A stretch of 62,859 nt of DNA, counting the filler, from Choristocarpus tenellus KU-1152 (lineage: Eukaryota > Protista > Phaeophyceae): assembly GCA_964200185.2 (NCBI GenBank). It is 8 parts of 8 records of this genome, joined end to end, with 100 filler letters (N's around TTAATTAATTAA, not from the genome) between each part and the next. Parts side by side here need not be neighbours in the genome. Positions count along the whole stretch, not along the records: positions 50,269 to 62,859 come from CAXNAD020001776.1; 7 more parts are not named here. The stretch is one strand, 5' to 3'. The translations under genes were made by a program, and so were the position numbers. The notes under the pieces were generated by a model. The model saw only the letters and a program-made list of their open reading frames with translations. It was not told the DNA's origin and searched no databases. Below, piece by piece: positions 52,062 through 62,859 of the stretch (its first letter is position 1; the number at the start of each line of letters is the position of its first letter).

Positions 52062-55000
52062 TCATCTCCCTTCATAATCTATGCGGATGTTGTGCAACAC
52101 TTTCAAATCAGAACCAGGGAGTGATATACTGCTTTCCCTGTCCCTCCTAGAAGACTCCTTCCAGTCTAATCCACTGTGCCACCTGCAAGAAAGTGCTAGC
52201 ATACAGCTCTTGATAAAGATATGGATTACTTGTGATTTAGACAGACAAGCCTTACTTGAACCTAGCATATGTTGTGCAGTAATAAAAGAGACATACTCCG
52301 CACATTGTGCTTGCCTTGACACCTGTAGGTGGAGGCACAATACCTCCAACATGCTCCCTCAATCCACAACAGGGTGTTACTGCGAATATTTCTGGTATTT
52401 GAATCGACATGAGTGCCAGCCACAAGAATAAATTAAATGAGCCCCCCAAAGTATCTGGGGGAGGGGGGGGGGTCTACACCTGGGTGTCCATTTAGGTCAA
52501 AATAAGGAAAAGTGCATTTACATTATCCATCAGACGTATGCAACCAAATCACCAAAAAAACGCGACATGAAAAAATTGACCCCAAATGGACGGCCGCCAC
52601 CCCCCTCCAGATACTTTGACCCAGCCCGTGGGTATTCCATAATTGAGCTAACAGACACTGCAGTCTGTGTATTTCTGCATTTCTCATAGATTTCTCGTGT
52701 TTTTCCCTCCTACACCACCAAGCACCCACTAACTGTCAATCTCTGACACTTGAAAAAAAGACTCCCATCCGGCTGTTTCAATATCCTTTTTCGAATCGGC
52801 ATCTTATACCTTCTGGTGCTCATTACTGCATTCCTTAGGTGTGGGGGGAGAGATACCACGAGACTTCTAGCACCCACAGATGATGCATGTGGTACCAATC
52901 TCAGGCGGTAGCGTTCTGCCTGCTCTCGTTCCCTGCAAATGGCATCCTCCTACCATGATATTATTTTATGGATGCAATTAGGATTAGGGATGGTCCAGGC
53001 AATTGAAACGGAGGAAGGCACATGTCCAATTACTTGTGTATTAGGTCCTCTGTCTTTCCCAAAAGATAGAAGGTGGAATGAGAAACTTAACCAGGAAGGC
53101 AGTAAGGTGTTATTGCTTCACAGATCAGGAGACCAAGCTTTCCTGCTACGATAGTGTATAAACAGTGTACATGACTAGTAGAAGTTATGGAGACTCTGCG
53201 AGATGAGAGCAAGAAATGACACACATAGTATATGACTCTTTGCTGAGGTGGCAATTCTCGCCCAACAGAACATTCCCCCTCGACATTTCTCACCTTGTCA
53301 CGCATTTTTTGCTTCTCCTCCTCCCTCCTCTTCGCAACCTGTTCCCCCAACATTATGTCAGCTGCGTAAACCCCGGCCTGGTGCCATATATCTTTTACCA
53401 AGCAGCGAACATGCACTCCCCGTACAATGCCTTGAAGTCGGGCTGCCGCCAAATGTCTGCCTTCGTCAGCCATCCTTACCTGTAAGCACACCATTCACCC
53501 CACCACCACCCTCCCCAAGCGAAGGGACAGTGAACAAAGGAGAGGAATCGTTTTTGTAATGAGGCAATAGAGTTGACAGAGAGTGGAAGGGTGAAAGGGA
53601 AGAGGGGATTCATTTGGGAGAAGCGTTTCAGAATAGTAGGTTGAGCCATGCCACAACAAGAGACTTAGTAGCCCCCTGCTCAATGCCAGCGTATGGAAGG
53701 TTTGCATCACCTCCACGCTACGCTGATGCTAGGAATAAGTTGAGCACACTAATGGGTAAGTCTACTATCTTTCAGGCTTGAAGTTACAAAATAATACTTG
53801 TCCGACGTGTTGGAGAGATTGCAGAGTAAATTTCCAGCTCACTCTTGTGCTCATCTGGAAATGGGGAAGCAGAACAAACTCCTTTTCTGTCAATACCACC
53901 AAATCCCCGAGTATAGGGAAGGCACTACATGTTGGTCAATATTTTCATTTACCCATGGAAGGGGAAATTCAACATGGGACCGTTTTAGTTGGAGTGTCAC
54001 TGGAGACAATGTGGAGATTGCAATAAAAAAGTCCCTGTCCCCTGTCACCCACGCAAAGCAACTGGGGAAGGTGTTCCATAATACAGCAGAAAAATAATCT
54101 CATTCCTACCCATCAATATTAAAAGGGAATTGAACAATATTCTCTTTTGCCCAACTCTAGGCCTTGTTTATTGCTTGGTCAGCTTAACGTGAGCATGGTG
54201 GGGGGATACACCTCATTCAGAGCATGCAACAACCTGGTTCTGATACCCTGCAGTGAGGACAGTGGTAAGTGCTCGTATCTGAACATTGCATTGTGACTCG
54301 TTCAGCTTGTGTGGAGCTTCAGCAGACGTTACAACAGCCTCCAAACATCGCCTTGTCTTGCAAAGAGGAAGGGGTGTAATTACTTTCTAGCATTAGAATT
54401 GGGGGTTTAGGAAGCAGTAATCACCAACGCTAGCTCCAACAGATGTGGTCATTGACAAAGAAACATGTTGTAATTTTATTGACTGTTGTGGACCGTGTTT
54501 GTGCATGGAAAACAAGATAAGGGGGGACATGCATGCTCAAGGCAAGAAAAATGACACCATATCTATACCCCTTTTCATGTACCTAGTGGTAACAGCCTTG
54601 AGATATTTGTCCTCATATTTGGAGTATGTAAGGGTATCATTTAGTGAGATACCCTTGAGCATGTGGGCATTAAAAAAAACATGTGGGATTTGAATTTGGT
54701 CCATAGGATTCTAGTGGGGGGGTCAGATATCGGTTCGGGTCCTCTGTGACACTGAGGTGATTTTTATGTTATCTGAGTGAACATTTCAGATTTAAGGATA
54801 CTTAGTTCATCTGGATTCACCTTCCTTTTCCATCACCCTGTCTAGCCCAAATCCATAGGTAAATCACCTGCAAACAGGCATCGAACTGGGGTGTTTTAAA
54901 ACACCTCATCACTCCCCAAATGAAAGACCTGTGCTACCCCCCCCCCACACACACACTCTATGACACTACGGGCCTTTTGCCATATTAATCTATAAAATTC

Positions 55001-58000
55001 AAGTCATAGAGGATTGGAGTCTATTTAGTTGCTTTCGCCTTCTACCAAGCATATCTCAGAGTATCTTGAGGGGGGTTGGCGGTTGTCCATTTGGAGTCAA
55101 ATTTTTCATGTCGCGATTTTTGGGTGATTTGGTTGCATACGTCAGATGGATAATGTAAGTGCACGTTTCCTGGTCATGGCCCAAATGGACACCCTGGTGT
55201 AGACCCTCCCCTCCTCCCAGATGCTCTGGGTTATGTGCCTCCAAAAGTAGTGTCATTCTCAATTTTCATCTCTCAAGTGGAGCCTCCATTCGAGGAGGGG
55301 AGAGAGGAATAATATAGGGAGGCCCAAGCTCAGTATTTTAAAATGGATTGATGGATCTATTGTTGTTGATAAAGGAAGGGAGATGGTTCTTCTTACAGTT
55401 AGCAACCTGAAACAGGTGCGTAGAAATAGAATGCTGGGACCTACCTGTGCTGACACCAGCCTGTCTTACTCCACCTGCCGCCAGCTCTTTAAATTTCCCT
55501 CAACTCTGTCTCAGCAGCTCAGGGTAGTTTGGCCACTACAACAGTAACCCATAACATCATACTTGCCAATATCTTTAATTTATTCCATTGCTATTGATGT
55601 TGATATTGATGTTGATATTGAGATAGTTGATATTATTATTATTGCTATTATTATTATTACTGATAATATCTTCACATTAGTCTGAGGGGCCTCAGACCCG
55701 TGGTCAAACATAAAGGTGGGAATAATATAAAGAAAAAAGCAACAAAAAAAGTGAAAAGATCATCTGATGGCAAAAATAATACAATTTCAAAGAAGAGTGA
55801 ATCAAGAGAGATACTAGGTTCAAACACTATCATCTAGCAAAGAAAAAAGCATTGTTGATGCCATCAGCACCATCAAGGCCCAAAAACTGTTCAGGAGCAC
55901 ACTCATCCAAACCACATATCTAATATTGCAACAAAAGCCCATATCCGAGTGTGCGACTTCATGCTAATATAGTAGATTTCGCAGGTTTGAGAGTGGTACT
56001 GACGTGTAGGGATGTGTGAGGTAGAATCAGTCGCATGCGCACCTGAACACTACTTCACTGTGGGTGGAGTTGGACCGCTGGGTGACCAGCTCCTTTGTTA
56101 GCAATTCCACCTTCTTCTCCTCAACCACTTCAGGGCGGATATATGTCTCTGAGCTCTTTACAAAACGTGTGAGGGCATCTTCTGCACGCAACCAAGCATC
56201 TTCCATAGCCTATGAGGCAGGAATGCGGACGAAGGGTAGAATGACGGTCGGTCACAAGAAAGGAATATTAAGGACAATTGGAGCATTAGTGTAAGCACTG
56301 AAGAGGTAGGACGGGATAGTGCAGACAGAATTAAGGACAGTGTAAGATGTGCAACAGCAGCAAGGCCTGCATGGAGTAGAATAGGGTGGTATATCTATCA
56401 GCCCTGTGGTCCCTATGGAGGATCCTATGCTGGGGAGTAAGGATTGAGATGCAAGGGGGAGTGAGGGTACAACTGGCTTTGCTTTTGTAGATCTATTTTG
56501 AGGTATACATTGTGCTGTGATGGGGTCAAGTCATGTCAGAAATTGATGATATTGTCCTGAACATTGTGCAGGCTTCAGGGAATGAACATGTCCTCACTTC
56601 AGGGAATAAACTTGTCTTCACAAATTTGAATTTTGTGTATGGTTCAATTTGTGCAGAACTATCATTAGCGAATCAGCTGCTAGGAAGGAAGTGCATCTCT
56701 GTACTTCATCATGCTTGGCAAAAACATTTCTAGCTACTCCAAAGTAGTATACTAGTCTCACTTGGAATAAACCTGAGAGATGGACACACCTCAACAAGGA
56801 CCTGCCCTGTTAATCCCTCTTGAAGCGCAGCAGTAATAAATTGAGCGTACCCCCCCATCTGTTCATCCTCTATTGATTTCCACACACTGTCTAAACTGCC
56901 TGCCAGCTTGGACTCCCCACCTCCCCTCCCAATAGAAGCACTCTTGTTTCCACCTCCTCTGTTGCCAACAAAATTCTCATCATCCCCTGACATGCTCTCC
57001 ATCACATCTCTAACTTCTGTAGGATGCCAACCCTTTCTCTGGTCTTTTGAACCTTCAGGCTCCAATGCTCCCCACCCCCAGCTACACCCGATTTCTTCTT
57101 TCTTATTTCCCTCTGCTCCAGAAAACGGTGAACAACCAAAGGAACCCTCCTTCTCATTTATTATCTCCAGGTCCCTCTCCTCATCGGGAAGGAACAGCAA
57201 TTTCAATCTACCACAAATCTGGACATAAGAGAAGGGAGAAAATATGCCGTTGACATGAATCAATATCTACCTCGCCTCATGAGCTTAGAGGGAGGGATGA
57301 TGTGAGGTGCCTCTTTTTGACATGATAATGACTAATATGGAATGAGTGTAGGAGCAGAATAGTGTTTGGACGTTTTTCTGTTTGGGAAGGTGGCCGTTTG
57401 GAAGTTGAACATCATGATTTTGTTTGGTAGAAGGAAAAAAAAGAAGAGAGAAACAACATCTAAGAGGGGTCCATTTGGAATTTTTGAGTTTTATGGTCCT
57501 TACTTTTACTCAATATACACCATGCCAAAGCCTGATTTGCAGTTAATCTTGTTCGGAAGGTGTGACTGGAGAAGAAGACTAACTGTAAAACACAACATTG
57601 TGAACACAACTTTAGGTGAAGGCTCTCTCCACAGCACTCAAAACACCTATTACCACAAGGCAATAATACTCCGAGTAGGAAATTTTGAAACTCTTACTTG
57701 GTATCAATAATATATCCCACTCTTACTTGGTATCATTCATCAGAAATACCACTTGTCTAAATCGGTGGACAGGAGGCATTGCAGTATTGTTTGTAACTCT
57801 ACATGTGCTAAATCCCATGTTAATAGGCCAAAATTGCACAGAGAGGTTATACCTCAGCTCTCTGCACCACTCCCTTCGCCCATTCACCAATCTGGTCAGG
57901 TTTCCAATGTCGCATCATTGCTGCCTGCACCCGACGACGACGATCATATCTTGCCCTTATATTCACCTTTGTCGGGAACCGAGGGGAGGAGCATTATTAG

Positions 58001-60954
58001 TCTCTACTTCAACAAATAGACTGGAAACGGTGTTGCACTGTTGAGACATACGACAAGAAATGTGATCTTGCTTGTGAGCTTTTTGGTATGAGGCAAGGCA
58101 ATATACAACTTGTTGCTGGAGTATTTGCAATGGGCATATATCGTTGTTTCTCTTGAATCCTTTATGCTATACATTTTAAGCAGTATATCTTAGCAAGAGC
58201 ACCTTGGGTAACATAGTACGACGAGAGAGAAGAATTACCGACCTTTCTCTGCCTTGCTTGGTGCCGTAACCTGTGTTTGGCCTCCTCGGATAATGAATTA
58301 AACCTATTTGACAAGTGGGGCGATAATATCCAGTCACAAGAATTTCTTAATCTAGCCCATGCAAACATATACTTATCCTACTTGTATTCAATATGATCTC
58401 TGGTTTACCAAGTGGTATTCCCTTCCTCTTTTCATCCACCTTCCTGATATTGAGATAACATTGCCTTATATCTCAATGCATGTGTACCCTCTCATTCTTA
58501 GCACAATTAACTTTTCTAAAGTTTCAAAATCGGCTTGATGTCTCTCTCACCATTGCTTGCGAAGATGGTTGTGGACCCTGGCACCTGCCTGCTTGACAGC
58601 TTGAAGCACAAACCATTGACTATCTACATTGATGCTGCTGTCTTCATCACTCTCTGTTCCACTGTCATTCCGTCCTGACATATTTTTCTTTGCCTTGGCT
58701 CCATTCAGGAAAGACTTGCGAAGACGAACTTGTCTGTTTGCACCATTCTGTACCCTGGCCAATGCCCTTTCCATCAATATGCGGCAGAGCACGGAAGTTG
58801 TGGGGTGTGGTATAATTTAAGCTCTTCAGTCCAATTCCACCTTGATCAAATCACACAGGCATTTGAACTGTACAATGAAGGGATAGGATTGTGGGGTAGG
58901 GAAAGAGTTAAAGTTCTGTGTGTATCGGGTGCATCTCATTTGTTCATGCAATGTACTCCTTAGGAAAGCTTAACCATTCCAAATTTTGTAGAATACAGAG
59001 CCCAACTCGAAGAGAACTATTCCGACTGTTCAATTACTCCTATTTCTGCCAGTTACCTGTGGGTAACATCTTCCACTGCCTCAACTAGTGCGGCAACAGA
59101 TGCACGATCCTTAGGCCTTGGAAGCATGGACAAGCAAACTACTCTCCGTGCTACATCACCAAAAAAGAGACCAGGACCTATGGGTACCTCACGCAAGAGA
59201 TCCTTTAATGTTTGGAGAGCAAAAGGTACAGGGCCTGCAATGGAGTTGAGGAAGGAGTGATGACATGCTTCAGATCGCATTGTTGTTGTGCATGGCACAG
59301 TTTATCCTGAAACTGGTTGGCATTGGCTTGATAAATGTGCCCAATTAGCACTCACCTGCTGGAAGTCCCATTGCCAGCTCCAGAACAAGTGTACCCATCC
59401 CCCATACACTTGACCGTGCCAACCCATACAACCTCCTGTAGCAGTCTGGGTGGTCCTGTGTACCACTGGCCAATGATGATTGTGTCCTTTTGATTCCACC
59501 ATTTAGAAATGCCTCTGGTGGAAGGTAGAGGTGATGGTCGTGCATACCTCGGCTGTTTGGTTTGCCCATCACCTCATCAGAGGTAGCACCCAAAAACGAC
59601 GCAATCTGCAACAAGTGAATGAAGCAAGGTAGTGGCAAGAACTAATGAAAAGGTTGATGGGTTTCGGAAAGGTGACTGGGTCGATTACAAGATATCTAGA
59701 TAGGAGATAGTGACAGTATTTCGTATATTGCATCAGCTCCTTGCCTTTTACTACTTGATGTGATGGGCTGCAGGCAGTGCAGCGGGAAGACCAATGACTC
59801 ACCTTGGCATCTAGCAGCTGTTTGTGGGGTTTATGCTCACCACCATTCTGCCGACGGCAGAGAAAAACAGTCCTACTGCACAGCCATAGTGGCATCCCAC
59901 GATGGACCTGAATGGTCGCCTGCGCGTGCATCAATCCCCTTGCAGTTTGATTTGTCCACCGAATCATGTTCTCTAGGGTCAGTGTTCTCCTCTTACCCCT
60001 CTCACTTCTCTCCTCGAGGATATCTTGGATGGAGCCAATTCCTGGCCACTCCGCCACCAGAGTCACAGTAGCAGACCCGATGATACTACCCTGCCTCTTT
60101 TCCTTCGTGTAGGAGGCAGAAAACCCGTGGACTTTTAAGAAGTGTGCTGGCCTGTTCATTGACTCCTCCACATCCACTCCTGTTACCGAGAACTCCTTTG
60201 GAGTTGCTTCCACAGCCTCTGCCTGTACTCTGTCATGCCTTGCGACTTCTTCTATTTCTTTATTATGAGCTTTGCCTTCTCCTTTCTGCTCTACATTGCC
60301 CTTGTGCAGTGCCACCTCGTCATTACGCTCTTGATCGGTCAAGCTCGATTGTCCTTGATTGGTAGTAGGGCTTGGAGTACCCACCCTATCACCTGTTGTG
60401 TATTTAATATCGTTTAGGCTCTTCGAACCCATTGCCTGCTGGTTGGGTGAAATATTTTCAATCCCTGCCTTAGCAGCCTTTCCCATGTATTTATTCAAGC
60501 TTATAACGTGGTCGTGTTTCGACCCCCAGTATACTGAGGCTGCGGTAAGTACCTCAGTTAAGGCTCGTTCTAGGGATTTCTTTGTCTGGAGATCGTTCCA
60601 ACACCTGATAACCACGAGGGAATCGTCGTTTATAGCGTGCTCTTTATGAACACGTGCAAATAACCTGCATGCTGTTTGGATGGGATCTACCATCTCGGCA
60701 GCAACCATACGGCGAACGTAGGGCATGAACGGCTTCCACGCCTCCGATTCTTCTAGTTCCGCCATTCGTTTTTCATCAAGGCTCCTAAACTCGCCAGGTT
60801 CATAACGTTTAAAGCCTGCTTGCAGTCGTAGGGAATTAAGGATTTTATGGATTGCATCCTCAACATGTTGGTGATTGAGGTTTGGTGAAGGCATGGCTGG
60901 TAGTTCCCCGATGGTGGACCTATCTCCATCGACTTCTTCTTTGCTTCCGCGCAT
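52062..60954 (-). CDS. Large multi-exon pseudokinase with a downstream IQ-like motif; 3' end uncertain
   Basis: In-phase exons 60954-59803, 59605-59356 and 59234-59057 give HFLKVHGF...LVAEW..GSIQDIL...QTARGLMHA..VHRG..CSRTVFL...AKIASFL...YLPPE...SSVWGMGTLVLELAMG...PRPKDRAS. Later exons at about 58800-58550, 57220-56800, 53479-53290 (AAARLQGIVRGVHVR) and 52932-52730. Confidence 0.75.
52443..52622 (+). mobile_element. MITE family A copy, probable TSD AGC
   Basis: AGC|CCCCCAAAGTATCTGG...CCAGATACTTTGACCC|AGC. Confidence 0.85.
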
Positions 60955-61393
60955 CTTGTCTCAATTAAATGAGTTTAGCAGCAAGAATGCCAACTCTCTT
61001 CGCTCCCCAAGCAAGAAAAGTGCTCTTGGCCTTGCGCAATACTCCTAGTATACCTCATGTTTGAAACCGTAAAAAACCCCAGTTTTTTTTTATTATGTGG
61101 TAGGATCATAGGTATTTTCACCAATACAAAAAAGTGAATAATCCCCACAAAAAGCAAGACCCGACAATGGAACGAGTGTAAGCGTGCAAGTGGTAGGAAG
61201 GAAGTATAATTTCAACCACTTCGTTCTACGCCAAAATCTCCTCACACTCCAAATCTCGCCGGATATATCGCTCGCTTTCCAGCTTACACTAGGCCTTAAT
61301 ATACGATGAAGGGGCTTTCGTCGGGGCATTCCGAGTGGGGAATGTCGGGGTGGTGAAGGAATCTATGGTATCCAGAGAGTTGCGCTAGCAGCG
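60955..61393. promoter_or_regulatory. Putative bidirectional promoter region (439 bp)
   Basis: Lies between two divergent start codons; no specific motif identified. Confidence 0.4.
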
Positions 61394-62573
61394 ATGGACT
61401 CAACTACATTGCCCCTCAGCAAGCCAAATCAACACGATAATGTTGTTTGCAACAAGGTGAGCTCTGACACAATTATTATGGCACAAGGTGATCGATAAGG
61501 ATACCGCCCGCGAATAGCTGGCCTTACCCACCTTGCTGTTTCCAGTACACTAATGCATTTCTCCTACTGCTGAATTCTATCCCAGCAGCCTGTTGCAGAT
61601 GTGACCGAAGTGGGCCTGAGGAGCGACCTCTTCACGAAATCTGCCGTCTCCAGAAAATGTGCCTCTGATGCTGACATGCCCAAGAATGCAGTTGGCGTTG
61701 GTATGGAAGATGACGGGGAACCAGAAGACAGTATACCTCGAGACTTTGACACTGGTAAATCTTGTTACTGAGTGAGTCATGCATCAGTAGGTCAGTTCAA
61801 CGCGAGACAAATGATTGCACAAACTCGATATATTTGTACTCAAGTATAGCACCTCTAAATATATCATCCCAGAAATATTTTATCATGATTTCCCTTCCAC
61901 TCCACCCATGCTCTGTACCCCAAAGGTATTTTAACCGATGCAGGCCAAAACGAAGGTCGTCCACAGTCTCCACTTACCCAGGTTGTGGAGAGCCACTTTC
62001 GTAAGCTGATGAAAGGAATGCTGAGCTCAATTGATTCTGCTTCTCAAGGGTTGGCTAATACCTTGAGGGGTGCGCTTCAACTACTAACAGATGACCTAGG
62101 GGCTCATAAGAGCAAGGCAGAAGGACACCTGCAGGCAGGAGCTAATTTCGAGGCTATCTCATTGTTGCTCAACAAATAAGATCCTGCTAAACACAAGCTA
62201 GCATACATACGTAAAATATGCCCCAGAGAATGCCCACCTTGGAGGGGAAACCTAAGGAAGTGTAGGAGAATAGTATGCTTCCAACTCGTTTGAACCATGG
62301 CTCACGTGTGAATGTGCTGAAACCTCTGAGACACTGTTTGTACTACAGTCCTAGGTCTTGTCTGTTTGTTTGCATGATCCGCCTGGAGATGATCTTGGCC
62401 CTTATACATACCTATGTTTGATAAAGAGTATTCAGGAGGAGTTCCAGGAGAAGTCTTGTCAATGGCTTGTCCAGCACCAGGAGGGTTTCGACAAACGAGG
62501 AATCGAAGAATTTGAGCTGTGCCTCAAGAACACCAATGCAGAGTGCAGGAAAGCTCTTGGAGGCATGTTTGAG
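61394..62573 (+). CDS. 5' exons of an unknown helical/coiled-coil protein
   Basis: Phase-consistent exons 61394-61456, 61586-61754, 61944-62134 and 62427-62573; the third intron needs a GC donor. Confidence 0.65.
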
Positions 62574-62859
62574 GTGTGAGGACGTGCCAGTACTATGTGG
62601 AATGTCTTTTTGCTAGTGTTTTAAATTGTGGCAATCGAACTGGTTTGACCCTGTCGAATATAAATTTTGATTGTTCGGAACTTATTCTACATGAAACTTT
62701 GCTCCTAGCCTTCTCACATACAACCAGTATTGCATAGCCAAGAGTGTATGGGAACTCTGAAGACATGGGAGTGAGCACCTACATGAGGCTCAAAGTATCT
62801 GGGAGGGAGTGGCGGCTGTCCATTTGGGGTCAATTTTTTCATGTCGCGATTTTTGGGTG

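Overview
Eukaryotic, intron-rich DNA. Inferred source is an ochrophyte alga of the brown-algal kind, based on TTAGGG repeats, a Zn2Cys6 factor, RLE-type LINEs and GT-AG introns. The window is eight segments joined by seven identical artificial 100-bp linkers (44N-TTAATTAATTAA-44N), so adjacency across linkers is not evidence of linkage. Genes I could reconstruct by hand: a stand-alone PolI-type 5'-3' exonuclease, an INTS7-like protein, a two-exon Zn2Cys6 transcription factor, the C-terminus of a Slo/BK-like K+ channel, an SPX-domain protein, a large pseudokinase/IQ protein and a divergent unknown gene. The rest is rich in mobile DNA: about 14 copies of a G-tract MITE plus three related MITE families with 3-bp TSDs, two decayed plant-type mariners, four truncated RLE LINEs plus 20-70 bp 3'-hairpin stubs, and minisatellites. 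The most striking signal is a set of apparent break-repair scars. These include short telomeric seeds inserted de novo, one demonstrable against a paralogous empty site and one in inverted fusion-like form. There is also a 245-bp AT-rich, stop-free, bacterial-looking fragment between perfect 24-bp direct repeats in an intron. All family assignments come from motif recognition by eye; no database search was run.
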